Source: Vitreimonas sp. (GTDB lineage Bacteria > Patescibacteriota > Microgenomatia > UBA1400 > PJMF01). From it: DNA of 64,000 nt. Both the position numbers and the translations under genes were made by a program. How positions within the stretch are numbered: position 1 is the first letter of the stretch; each line of letters starts with the position of its first letter. The notes beneath the pieces are model-generated. The model made no database searches. It saw only the letters and a list, made by a program, of their open reading frames with translations, and was not told the DNA's origin. Positions 1 through 9,406 of this stretch are shown piece after piece. Where the stretch lies: positions 391,269 to 455,268 of the forward strand of contig DASPLQ010000012.1 in the NCBI GenBank assembly GCA_035627515.1. Reading direction: 5' to 3'.

Positions 1-899
1 TATTCAACGATTTTAAAAACTCCCACTTCATCAGTGGCACCAAAGCGGTTTTTGATAGCACGCAATAAACGAAGCTGTCCGGTGCGTTCACCACTTAATT
101 CTAAAACTGAGTCCACAATGTGTTCAAGAACCTTAGGCCCAGCGATCGTCCCCTCTTTAGTGACATGACCCACCAAAAACAATGGCACCCCTACGTGTTT
201 AGCGACAGTAGTTAAGCGCTCTGTGGACTCACGAATTTGGCCCACTGAACCTTCAGCACCCATTAAATCAGTGGTGCCCATAGTCTGGATACTATCTACA
301 ATAATCATAAATGGCTGGGTTTCACGGATGGCTGTCACTACTTCATCAACGTCAGTTGAAGTCATAAACACCATGTACTCACCCAAGGCCTTACCCAAAT
401 CTTTTCCAAAACTGCCATTTTTTAAATTGTGTTCATTATTAATAAATCGATTGATCCGTAGTGATATTTGATCTGGACTTTCTTCTCCACAAACATATAA
501 AATTGGTTTGACTTGATCACCACTTTTGAGCTGCTCTGATAAAACCCGAAGCACCATTTGCGTCAGCAAAGTACTCTTTCCAATGCCGGGTTCACCACCA
601 ATTAACATCACGGCACCGGGAACGATTCCACCACCTAAAACACGATCCATTTCCCCCATCCCCGTAGAAAAACGCTGTTTTGGCCGTTTAGCGAGATCGA
701 CCTCTGAAAGCTTAATCACACTTTTAGGATTAACTGGTTTAGCTTGCCCTCCCCCGACCTTGCTTTTAGTTTTTGGCTCGACGACTTTGATTTCTTCCAC
801 CAAGGTGTTCCATTGCCCACAGCTGGTACATTGTCCTTGCCATTTAGAATGACTCTCGCCACAGTTTTGGCAGACAAAAATCGTGGTTGGTTTTGGCAT
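1..899 (-). CDS. radA: DNA repair protein RadA/Sms (5' part; runs off the window edge)
   Basis: Absent from the ORF track because it is truncated. Reading minus from ATG 899 gives MPKPTTIFVCQNCGESHSKWQGQCTSCGQWNT (C4 zinc finger), Walker A GEPGIGKST, and the motif KNRFG near position 45. Confidence 0.96.
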   Translation of the reverse strand, partial: MPKPTTIFVCQNCGESHSKWQGQCTSCGQWNTLVEEIKVVEPKTKSKVGGGQAKPVNPKSVIKLSEVDLAKRPKQRFSTGMGEMDRVLGGGIVPGAVMLIGGEPGIGKSTLLTQMVLRVLSEQLKSGDQVKPILYVCGEESPDQISLRINRFINNEHNLKNGSFGKDLGKALGEYMVFMTSTDVDEVVTAIRETQPFMIIVDSIQTMGTTDLMGAEGSVGQIRESTERLTTVAKHVGVPLFLVGHVTKEGTIAGPKVLEHIVDSVLELSGERTGQLRLLRAIKNRFGATDEVGVFKIVE

Positions 900-956
900 G
901 CCAGCAGTATAGCACTGCCATCTTTAGTGAAGCGTTACAAAAAAGTAAAAAAATTA

Positions 957-1778
957 TTAATTACTACTGACCAGCAGCACTTGCCCCACTTGTAAGTAGT
1001 CTGCAGGTCCCAAACCATTGAGGTCTCGAAGCGTGCTCTCGGTGAGAGCATACTTCTGAGCCAAATACCGAACATTTTCACCTTTGCCGACCACATGGAA
1101 TTTAGAACCTAGAAATGTGTCTGCCCATGCAAACAACTCATCAGTGGCGATGCTACCCTGAGGTAAACGCGACCATTCTGGTTTTTTATTCAACAAATAA
1201 GCCATGAAGGCTTGTTGGGCAGCACTATCCATGCCTTTAACTTGAGCAACGGCTAAAATCACTGCACTATGATCTCCCCACGTTTGGCGACCTTGGCTGC
1301 GGGCTAGCTCAATGGCAGCGGTGATATCTAATGATTGTCCGACGCTAATTAAATCAGGATTGGACAACGTGTTGGCTTGAGCAATATCACGGGCAGTAAG
1401 ATTAAATAAAGCCGCAATCTTGGTTAAATTATCTCCAGGCTGAACAACATATATGGTGGATGGCGGTTTTACTTCCGGTTCTGAATCGGCTGCTTGAGCG
1501 GTACTTATTCCTACTCCAAGGGTTTCCAACCACTGGTCAGCTTGCCAGACTGCCGCACTTCCCTGGCGACTCCACCACTCTACTTCTCGCTCTAAATCAA
1601 AACCATGCCGGTGGGCATGAAAAGAGAGCGAGCTACCAACTGCAGATAAAAGTAATAAGTGGAAACAATAGCGAGCAAAATTGAGGTGCCTTTTGCCCCC
1701 AGAAAGTTCTGGCCCTCCTGTGACAGGAGCCAGTCGGGTAGGCAGCACTTCGCGACACCTCAGACTACTTATATTCAT
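957..1778 (-). CDS. LysM peptidoglycan-binding protein (two LysM domains, N-terminal hydrophobic segment)
   Basis: YVVQPGDNLTKIA...ANTLSNPDLISVGQSL and HVVGKGENV...LNGLGPADYLQVGQVL. Start is uncertain (ATG 1778 or GTG 1748). Confidence 0.88.
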   Translation of the reverse strand: MNISSLRCREVLPTRLAPVTGGPELSGGKRHLNFARYCFHLLLLSAVGSSLSFHAHRHGFDLEREVEWWSRQGSAAVWQADQWLETLGVGISTAQAADSEPEVKPPSTIYVVQPGDNLTKIAALFNLTARDIAQANTLSNPDLISVGQSLDITAAIELARSQGRQTWGDHSAVILAVAQVKGMDSAAQQAFMAYLLNKKPEWSRLPQGSIATDELFAWADTFLGSKFHVVGKGENVRYLAQKYALTESTLRDLNGLGPADYLQVGQVLLVSSN

Positions 1779-1804
1779 TAGTCCGGCTTTTTTGCCGATG
1801 AGGT

Positions 1805-1833
1805 ATTCTACTGCCAGAAATTAATGTATGCAA
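1805..1833 (-). promoter_or_regulatory. sigma70-type promoter of the LysM gene
   Basis: TTGCAT-17 nt-TAGAAT on the minus strand. Confidence 0.55.
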
Positions 1834-1852
1834 TAGATGAGTAAAAAAAGCC

Positions 1853-3133
1853 TTAATAAATGACTCTGACTTCTTTTTCTTTATCCATGACTTTAGGCGT
1901 CTGCTGATACACTACTGCTAATGCCCCACGGTAAACATAGTTTTCTGGTAAGTTGAGGGTAGAGGGTGTTTTCGTAAAGTACTCAGGTTCATACTTTCCA
2001 AAAAAGGCTACTAATTTTTGCCAGGCTCGGTGTTGATTCAGTTTGGTCGCCTCTACACGTTTCCCATGATAATACTCATACACCTGATAGACTCGGCATA
2101 ATTTAGTTACCTCATGGCGCAGATCTTGGCCCGGACTAAAAAGATACAAAGAAATATTGGCATTCGGAGGTAACGTATCTGTCCTTCTGAATTGATACTG
2201 TTCTACAGCGTGTTTGTGTAAGTCGTGTTTAATAACTTCATCAACTAAGAACTCGAAGAAGTCTCGTGCTGGTGTGTGTTCAACACCCTCGATCTGCACA
2301 TCACTGGGACCAAAATTAGGGCCGCTCAAGTCATTGAAAATGTCTCTCAATGGCGGTGGGAATTTTTCAATATGGTCAGCAGTATGTTCCACTACAAAAT
2401 GAAAAAAATAACTTTCCCAGTGGTCAAATTTTGATTTGACATCACTCCAATCATGATTTCGCAGGTTATCAGGCTTGGGTTTATATTTACCACGTCCCCC
2501 CTCAGTTTTAATCAAGTATTCTTCATCTTTTTCTAAGATATGAAAAACTACCTGCTTGAGTAATTCTGAAAATCTTTTCTCTGAGTTGTTCTGCTGGGAC
2601 TTTTCATAACCACTTCTAAATTCGGTGACGGCATTTTTGGCGGCTCTATTTACCCCTTGGCCAGCGGGTATCTTTTCAAAGGCCACAGAAAGTTCATCGT
2701 CTCCACTTGGTCGAGCATTTGCTTGAGCAGTAAGGACAGCAATGGGGGCGTGAAAGCGAGTTTCACCACCGGTCATTAGTTTAGCGAATTTGTCAGCCAT
2801 AGCAGTGGGCAAGAAACTATATGTTTTTTCAAGAGTGCTCGCAGTCAATGCCCATGCATCATCTACACCCACAACCCCAGTCATCATTTCATTAATCTGG
2901 GCCACTAATAACGCTTCCACTGCGTCACGCTCTGGTTGGTTACCAGGGTCGCCAAAATATAAGTTTGGTAAATAATAACTTATTAGTTCTGCTACCTGAG
3001 AAGTAACTTCGAGTTTGCCCTGGCTGACAGCAAATGACCAAAAAATAGCTTGTGATGTTTCGCGAACTTTTTTCTTGAGTTCTACTGCTGGATCATGGTC
3101 AGGTTGCTCTCCGACTTCATCTTCTTTAAACAT
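1853..3133 (-). CDS. Hypothetical protein, 426 aa
   Basis: Long ORF with purine-rich AGGAAAGGA upstream; no motif recognised. Confidence 0.8.
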   Translation of the reverse strand: MFKEDEVGEQPDHDPAVELKKKVRETSQAIFWSFAVSQGKLEVTSQVAELISYYLPNLYFGDPGNQPERDAVEALLVAQINEMMTGVVGVDDAWALTASTLEKTYSFLPTAMADKFAKLMTGGETRFHAPIAVLTAQANARPSGDDELSVAFEKIPAGQGVNRAAKNAVTEFRSGYEKSQQNNSEKRFSELLKQVVFHILEKDEEYLIKTEGGRGKYKPKPDNLRNHDWSDVKSKFDHWESYFFHFVVEHTADHIEKFPPPLRDIFNDLSGPNFGPSDVQIEGVEHTPARDFFEFLVDEVIKHDLHKHAVEQYQFRRTDTLPPNANISLYLFSPGQDLRHEVTKLCRVYQVYEYYHGKRVEATKLNQHRAWQKLVAFFGKYEPEYFTKTPSTLNLPENYVYRGALAVVYQQTPKVMDKEKEVRVIY

Positions 3134-3192
3134 ACTGTTAGTTTATTCCTTTCCTAGTCCGTGTTCAAATCCAAGCTCGTAATCCAGATCAC

Positions 3193-3229
3193 AAAAAACG
3201 CCCATCCGAAAATGAGCGTTTCTTTTTTT
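3193..3229. terminator. Probable intrinsic terminator
   Basis: AAAAAACGCCCAT...ATGAGCGTTTCTTTTTT hairpin with A/T tails, just past the stop of 3246..4007. Confidence 0.55.
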
Positions 3230-3245
3230 ACGTGCTGTGTGCAAC

Positions 3246-4007
3246 TTAAATCGTCATCGCCAACGCAACTTCGGGCTCAGTGCCGTCGACATTGACGGTA
3301 TACACATTTTTGCCTTTAGCTAAGAGGTCGAGCGTGACGCCGGTTTGAGCATCGAGTGCAGCTAATAACTCGCCAGGGGTAAGAGCGATGCCTTGAGCCA
3401 TGATGAATTTTTCCAGCTCAGCTACCATTTTTTCATCTCGAGTGCGGTCATAAATAAAGAATTGGCTACTGGGTTCATCGGCATCCCAAGAGTTAACAGT
3501 TTTCTGCGTCCCCATGACTTGTAAAACTCCCACTTCGGCATGATCACCACCCAAGTTGACTAAGTGCGTAGGATGAGCCGCGCCATCTTCAATACTTTTG
3601 CGCAGGAGTGCTACTAATTGTTTGATGTCCTCAGCTTCTACTCCATAGCGATCAGCAAACATCACGGCTTTGGCACAGTGTCCACAACCGACAATTGGCC
3701 CCTCACCAGCGGCGTGGTGATCACTTTCAATCGGATCGACGTGTTGGTCAGTATGCCATGCATACTGGCGACCTTGGGATTGTGCAAAGTCATACACCCA
3801 TTGAAAAGCTTGATCCACACCGATATTTAGCTCTGGTCGATCTTTTTTAATCTTCAACAATGCTTCGCTGTAACCAGCATCCGCACCTGGTCGAGCCACG
3901 GCTCCCTGATCTTGATCGGTGGTGTAACGACCATCAACACACTTAATGACAGAGTTATTGGCAGGTACAGTGTTGCGAGCGATGTGATTTAAAACAGCTT
4001 GATCCAT
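3246..4007 (-). CDS. Cadmium/zeta-class (CDCA1-like) carbonic anhydrase homolog
   Basis: CVDGR, ARPGADAG, HTD..H, GCGHC and HAEVGV follow the CDCA1 repeat pattern (CVDGR...PGG...HGD...GCG...H.E). Confidence 0.75.
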   Translation of the reverse strand: MDQAVLNHIARNTVPANNSVIKCVDGRYTTDQDQGAVARPGADAGYSEALLKIKKDRPELNIGVDQAFQWVYDFAQSQGRQYAWHTDQHVDPIESDHHAAGEGPIVGCGHCAKAVMFADRYGVEAEDIKQLVALLRKSIEDGAAHPTHLVNLGGDHAEVGVLQVMGTQKTVNSWDADEPSSQFFIYDRTRDEKMVAELEKFIMAQGIALTPGELLAALDAQTGVTLDLLAKGKNVYTVNVDGTEPEVALAMTI

Positions 4008-4094
4008 AGAAGAGTTCCTTAGAGAGATATTTTATATTGGCTGAACACCGGCATTTTAACGCGTTCACAGATACAGTTCAATCTTGAGAAACTA

Positions 4095-4132
4095 AAACCC
4101 CGACCATCCGCCAGCTGGTAGAAAATCGGGGT
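4095..4132 (-). terminator. Probable intrinsic terminator
   Basis: AACCCCGA...TCGGGGTT stem followed by TTTT on the minus strand, after the stop of 4151..5329. Confidence 0.45.
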
Positions 4133-4150
4133 TCAGAAACAAACCAAAAA

Positions 4151-5329
4151 TTAAGCAGCAAAGGGCACAAACTCTGCTTGATTATCAGCCACATTCACTA
4201 GATAGATGCCACCAAAAACACTCAGTGGTTTCATTTCATTTTTAAATTGCGTTGTCTGCATTAGCTCAATAACATCTTGAGCATGCTGAGCATCGTCAAC
4301 GGCTACAATCACTCTTTCGGCACTCTTAAAGTTAGCATTATGAGCATGACCAAAGGTGTCAGGTTCTACGTGCTGAGCATTGTGGCTGATGGCATACCAG
4401 AGTTCACTGAAAGCTGCCATTAATCTGTCTTTACTCACTGCAGCAGCATTAAAATCGTTGTTATATCCCTCTCCCACTGTTCGATTTAAAATGACGCCAT
4501 CAGGATAGGATGCAACCTTGGGACCATATGACAACACAAGCGTAGCTGGATCTTGATGCTCATGTTTCCATTTTTCTATCTTAGGCATCTCGATTGAGGT
4601 AGTAATGGCCCCATCACCATTCTCAGCCAGATGAACCATCTTGGCTTTGTGGTCATAATAGCCACCAACTACGGGAATAGCTCCATAGCCCAACTTCGCC
4701 AGCATTTGTTGAGTTTGGAGTGTAGCTTGAATCTCATTTTCTAAAATGTCAGGCTGTAACTCCGCGACAGTCAAAATGAGCTGACGAGGAAAACCTGTCT
4801 GAGTCGATAACTCTGCTGCGTGCTGAGCTGCTTCTGGATCACCCACTAATCCCTTCAAACCAGGATTTTTGCGAGCGACTGCGCGAGCACCACACGTTTC
4901 GCCAGTTGAGGTGTCTCCCTGATTAACCCGAGCTTCAATTTCCTCTGTTGAGCCATGTTGGGTCACCATCACTACAAACTTATTATGATCAACACCTTCT
5001 TGAAGATAATTTGAAATCACAGCATGAAGCATATCTATAGAAGGTACACCGCCGCCAATGGCTGGAATGAATTGAAAAACAGTTTGTTTACCATCAACCC
5101 CATGGATGCCCGTAGGCACATCAACACGTGAGTCATCACAACCAATAAAAAACACTAACTTATCAGCACTTTTAGCTTGTTCAATATGTTTGCGCATTCT
5201 TTCATTTACTAAAGCAATTTCCCCGAGCAATCCAACTTCTTCTCGAATAACTGCGCCACGCTCATTTGTTCTTTGTGTTACTTGATGAAGATCATACGCA
5301 TCATGACCTGCTTCCGCTTTTGCCACCAT
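4151..5329 (-). CDS. Divergent beta/zeta carbonic anhydrase-like protein, 392 aa
   Basis: GCDDSRV (CxDSR), PAIGGG, QH-(20 aa)-CGA and VVGGYYD (like beta-CA 'GxxYD'). Strong SD AAGGAGG. Confidence 0.6.
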   Translation of the reverse strand: MVAKAEAGHDAYDLHQVTQRTNERGAVIREEVGLLGEIALVNERMRKHIEQAKSADKLVFFIGCDDSRVDVPTGIHGVDGKQTVFQFIPAIGGGVPSIDMLHAVISNYLQEGVDHNKFVVMVTQHGSTEEIEARVNQGDTSTGETCGARAVARKNPGLKGLVGDPEAAQHAAELSTQTGFPRQLILTVAELQPDILENEIQATLQTQQMLAKLGYGAIPVVGGYYDHKAKMVHLAENGDGAITTSIEMPKIEKWKHEHQDPATLVLSYGPKVASYPDGVILNRTVGEGYNNDFNAAAVSKDRLMAAFSELWYAISHNAQHVEPDTFGHAHNANFKSAERVIVAVDDAQHAQDVIELMQTTQFKNEMKPLSVFGGIYLVNVADNQAEFVPFAA

Positions 5330-5433
5330 AGTGCCTCCTTAAAAGTTAGTTGTGCGTCCGCATTCTACTTCACGGATACGCCACAAATCAACCCCAGAGC
5401 AGGTAAGAAATAATTCACACTAAAGAGGAAAAA

Positions 5434-6060
5434 TTACCCGGCGATGTAACCAAATTTTTCGAGCACAGCGCGGTTTTTGGCAGCGACTTTTTCACCGAGT
5501 TCGCCGGCTTCTTCAAAACCAATTTTGAGCTTTTCGCCTCGGTTAAGTTTGGTATAAAAATCAACTTGCGTTTTGATAATTTCTTCAGCCAGTTGTGGTT
5601 TGAGACTACTCACCCATTCAGCTGATATTACATAACAACCTAAGTTGTAGGTCTGTTCACCACCAGCTAAGGTAAAGCAAATTTTGTTAGCAATGTGGAT
5701 ACCACGAGGTCGCACCATGTGACCTTTGATACCTTCCACTAATTGTCGGGGATCAGCAAAGGGCAAAAAGCCCGCATAGGTCAATTTTTCTAAATCAGCT
5801 GAAGCTTGGACGTGTTGCTGCGCACTGGCATTGACTTGTTCCCAGTTGGAAAGCTCTAATTGTTCTTTAATCCAATCACTTTCCTCATGAGCAGCAATTG
5901 AAAGATCATCACCCAATAATTTTTTGAGTGCTGACACTATTTCTGAGAAACCTTTGAGACGGAAACCTGCGCCCACCACGCCTAATCGCGTTCCTTCGTT
6001 AATTTGTACACCTTCGTCACCACATGTAATTACGTATTTTTTAGGAGTATCCATAGACAT
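5434..6060 (-). CDS. Hypothetical protein with degenerate carbonic-anhydrase-like motifs
   Basis: TCGDEG, VVGAG and AHEESDW (HxxC has become HxxS). The true start may be the second ATG at 6054, 6 nt after TGGTATAAT. Confidence 0.5.
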   Translation of the reverse strand: MSMDTPKKYVITCGDEGVQINEGTRLGVVGAGFRLKGFSEIVSALKKLLGDDLSIAAHEESDWIKEQLELSNWEQVNASAQQHVQASADLEKLTYAGFLPFADPRQLVEGIKGHMVRPRGIHIANKICFTLAGGEQTYNLGCYVISAEWVSSLKPQLAEEIIKTQVDFYTKLNRGEKLKIGFEEAGELGEKVAAKNRAVLEKFGYIAG

Positions 6061-6123
6061 ATTATACCATAAATCAAGCTAATTTTAGCTTTTTTGCCTG
6101 GTAATTTTACGAAAGAAAGCTGT

Positions 6124-6151
6124 AAAAAAGCCCCGCAGAGCAGGGCTTTTT
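6124..6151 (-). terminator. Intrinsic terminator downstream of rpsA and the small ORF
   Basis: AAAAAAGCCC-N8-GGGCTTTTT hairpin with T-tracts on both strands. Confidence 0.7.
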
Positions 6152-6172
6152 GTCTTCTTCATTTACGAAAAA

Positions 6173-6343
6173 TTACTCGTCTTGACTTGCTAAATCGGTC
6201 ATCCCGCGCACCGAGTCGAGATAAGCACGCATGTCTTGCTCAACTTTTTCCCAATCGCCATTGGCTTCACGGATCGCGTTGAACAATAAATCCATGTCGA
6301 TTAACAATTGATCATCGGTCACAATCATTCTCTGTTTTGCCAT
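6173..6343 (-). CDS. Small acidic hypothetical protein, 56 aa
   Basis: Below the ORF-track cutoff. MAKQRMIVTDDQLLIDMDLLFNAIREANGDWEKVEQDMRAYLDSVRGMTDLASQDE, with SD TAAGGA, lying between rpsA and its terminator. Confidence 0.65.
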   Translation of the reverse strand: MAKQRMIVTDDQLLIDMDLLFNAIREANGDWEKVEQDMRAYLDSVRGMTDLASQDE

Positions 6344-6386
6344 GTGGTTCCTTATCTAGTGACTCACTTCTAATTAGTAGTACTGT

Positions 6387-7640
6387 TTATTTATACCCGA
6401 CTGGCAACTCAGTGAGAATCAGACTTAAACTCATCCGGCGTTGATCAGCATCGACACTTTCCACAGTCACGGTGACTTTGTCACTCTTTTGGAATGTCGT
6501 ATCAGGTGTCAATTTGCTGGAGTGAATCAAGCCGTCTACGCCTGGTTCCACATTTACAAATACACCGAAGGGCTCCACACGAGTGACGGTCCCTTCAAAA
6601 GTAGTGCCCACTGGGTAACGATCAGAAATACCTTGCCAAGGATCATTACTCAATTGTTTCATCGATAAGTTGAGCTTGCCAGTTTGGTCATCGACACCCA
6701 AGACTTTGACCTGAATGCGATCGCCAACCTTGTGATAATCTTTAGGATTATTGACTTTTTCCCAACTAATTTCAGAAATGTGGACTAAACCTTCGACTAA
6801 ACCATTGCTATCACTACCTTCGACAGGTACTTCTACGGTCACGAATAAACCGAAGTGCATCACACCCGAGACAGTACCCCAGTATGATTCACCAGATTTA
6901 ACTGATTCTAAAGCTTTAGCGCGTTGAGCCAATTCTTTAGCTTCAGAGACGTGACGTTCAGAAAAGATGAGGCGGTTTTTTTCACGATCAACTTCAATTG
7001 CTTTGACTTTGAGCGTCTCACCTTTAAGTTTATTGATGTTACCCATGAATTGTTTGCCAAATTGGCTGGAAGGCACAAAGCCTCGTACGCCATTGACGAC
7101 CACGATCAAGCCGCCCTTATTGACTTCTACGCCTTTGGCATCGAGGACTTCGTCCTTGGCCATGGCATCTAAGAAGTACTGCCACTTGGCATCCATGGCA
7201 GCTTGTTTGAGTGATAATAAAACTTGACCCTTATCATTTTCGGAAGATAACACGATGGCTTCGACTTTATCACCAGGCTTGAGCTGGTCGATGTAATCAG
7301 CAGCCATTTCGTATTCTTTGTCAGTGACGACACCTTCAGTTTTGGAACCAATGTCCACTAACAAGGTTTTCTTTTGTTTACCAGTCACAGCACCAACGAC
7401 GTTGGTACCTTTTTTGGGGACGATAATTTGGTAATTTGTACTGGCTAGGAGGTCAGCCATGGTTTGCGGCTTTTTGCTTAAGCTCTTGCTTGAATCCGCA
7501 GTCTTTTCAGTTTTTTCAACTTTATCAGCTTTGTCTGCTTTCGCGACTTTGTCGGCTGTAGGAGCCTTATCGGCTTTTTCAGCTTTGACGGTCTTGTCAG
7601 CAGCTTTTTTTGTTACTTTTTTGTCTTGTGCGTCTACCAT
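6387..7640 (-). CDS. rpsA: 30S ribosomal protein S1 (4 S1 domains, K/D/A-rich N-terminal extension)
   Basis: Repeated S1 motifs (GFVPSSQ, GLVHISEISW, GLIHSS). Likely start MVDAQ at 7640. Confidence 0.93.
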   Translation of the reverse strand: MVDAQDKKVTKKAADKTVKAEKADKAPTADKVAKADKADKVEKTEKTADSSKSLSKKPQTMADLLASTNYQIIVPKKGTNVVGAVTGKQKKTLLVDIGSKTEGVVTDKEYEMAADYIDQLKPGDKVEAIVLSSENDKGQVLLSLKQAAMDAKWQYFLDAMAKDEVLDAKGVEVNKGGLIVVVNGVRGFVPSSQFGKQFMGNINKLKGETLKVKAIEVDREKNRLIFSERHVSEAKELAQRAKALESVKSGESYWGTVSGVMHFGLFVTVEVPVEGSDSNGLVEGLVHISEISWEKVNNPKDYHKVGDRIQVKVLGVDDQTGKLNLSMKQLSNDPWQGISDRYPVGTTFEGTVTRVEPFGVFVNVEPGVDGLIHSSKLTPDTTFQKSDKVTVTVESVDADQRRMSLSLILTELPVGYK

Positions 7641-8078
7641 AGGCACGAAATCCCCTTTCTTGAGAGATGGGAGGAAGTATATCACATCTGGTGGAGTTTG
7701 ATGCTGGGAGATTTAAAGCTGTTTCTGATAATCATTTAAGAAGTCTTGATTATTTACTGCGAAAAAATGCTGTAGCTGAACTCAAGCATGTGCACTTCCT
7801 GGAACAGATCTTGCTTCCAGGGGAAATGCTACTGTAAGGACTTTTAGTAATGATACAGTAAGCAACTACCTTGTGTTTATTTGTGTTGTCGCACAGCTAA
7901 ACCTTCAGAAAAAGCGGCTCAAGCTAAAACCCACAATACTGATCATTTTAGATATTCATCAAAGCAATTTAAGCCCTTCTACGCTTTAGTATATGACACC
8001 CCTGAAGTATGGGTGGAAAACATTGATCTAGAGTTCCCCCTATTAGACCCTACACACGAAATATGATAGTCTGAAGCG

Positions 8079-9359
8079 ATGCAACTTCGCCTTCCTCAAC
8101 CTCAAGATGTTCAGGGTAAAACCGTGTTGGTGCGGGTGGATTACAACGTGCCACTCGTCGAAGATCCAGATCACGCTGGACAGCGCCGAGTAGGCGATGA
8201 CCAACGCGTGCAAGCTTCGTTGCGCACCCTGCATTTCCTCCGCGAACACCAAGCCAAAATCATTCTTATATCTCACCTCGGTCGACCCAAAGGCGCACCT
8301 ACCCCAGAGTTTAGTTTGCAACCTGTTGCCCACCACTTAAGCGAGGTATTGACGCAACCAGTGGGTTTTGTGGATGACTGTGTGGGTGAAACAGTGACCA
8401 CTGCTGTGGGCGCGCTTCAACCTGGCCAGATCCTGCTTCTCGAAAACCTCCGCTTTCATGCTGAAGAAAAAGCCAACGACCCCAATTTTGCTCGCCGGCT
8501 TGTCAGTAGCACCGGGGCTGAGATCTATATCAATGAGGCTTTTTCCGCCTGCCACCGGGCGCACGCGTCCACCGAAGGCGTGACTCACTTGCTACCAAGC
8601 TTTGCCGGCTTTGCCCTCCAAGACGAAGTCACTGCACTCAGTACAGTTATCGACAACCCAGCCCGCCCGTTTGTGGTGGTCATTGGCGGTGCCAAAATCT
8701 CTGACAAAGTCGAGGCCGTGGTCAACCTTGCCCATCTGGCAGATGTTGTTCTCCTTGGTGGTGGCGTCGCTAACACCTTCCTCAAAGCTGACGGTCTCGA
8801 AATTCACAAATCATATCTCCAAGATGCTCCCGCTGATCTCAAGAAAAAAGGCATCGATTACGTCCACGTCGCTCAAGATTTACTCTCCGAAACCAAACTT
8901 GAAAAAGTCTGGTTGGATGGCTTTATTCCCCTGCCTAAAATTTTGTATCCGCTCGATTTAGTGGCCGCGCCAGCGCTCGACTCAACCACCACACAAACTG
9001 TCGATCTCACCCACGACGCCGCCGACACACCCAACGATCAAGAATTAATGTATTTGGATATTGGCCCTAAAACCATTCACCTCTACGAAGCGCTCCTCAA
9101 AGACGCTCAAACTATTTTTTGGAATGGCCCCATGGGGGTCTTTGAACAACCTCAGTTTGCAACTGGCACCAAAGCCATTGCGACCGCGATTGCCAACAAT
9201 CCTCACACCACTGTCTTGGGTGGAGGAGATACTTTGGCGGCCGTCGCTGCCACTGGGGTAGAAAGCAAGTTTAAATACATTTCTACCGCCGGCGGCGCCT
9301 CACTCGAGTTCTTAGCTGGTAAGCAGCTCCCTGGTTTGGCGCCCCTGCAAATCCAGTAA
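8079..9359 (+). CDS. pgk: Phosphoglycerate kinase
   Basis: VRVDYNVP, SHLGRPKG, LLENLRF, GGAKISDK, WNGPMGVFE, GGGDT, STAGGASLE. Confidence 0.98.
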   Translation: MQLRLPQPQDVQGKTVLVRVDYNVPLVEDPDHAGQRRVGDDQRVQASLRTLHFLREHQAKIILISHLGRPKGAPTPEFSLQPVAHHLSEVLTQPVGFVDDCVGETVTTAVGALQPGQILLLENLRFHAEEKANDPNFARRLVSSTGAEIYINEAFSACHRAHASTEGVTHLLPSFAGFALQDEVTALSTVIDNPARPFVVVIGGAKISDKVEAVVNLAHLADVVLLGGGVANTFLKADGLEIHKSYLQDAPADLKKKGIDYVHVAQDLLSETKLEKVWLDGFIPLPKILYPLDLVAAPALDSTTTQTVDLTHDAADTPNDQELMYLDIGPKTIHLYEALLKDAQTIFWNGPMGVFEQPQFATGTKAIATAIANNPHTTVLGGGDTLAAVAATGVESKFKYISTAGGASLEFLAGKQLPGLAPLQIQ

Positions 9360-9406
9360 CCTGATTTCAAATTGCTCTCCACTCTCAAACCAGTCATAAT
9401 GATTAC

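Noticed and set aside
1757-1804. Three-way junction closed by ACCTCA/TGAGGT upstream of LysM (purine-riboswitch-like shape)
   Set aside because: The 5' strand abuts the -10 box and is probably not transcribed; no purine or c-di-AMP consensus nucleotides.
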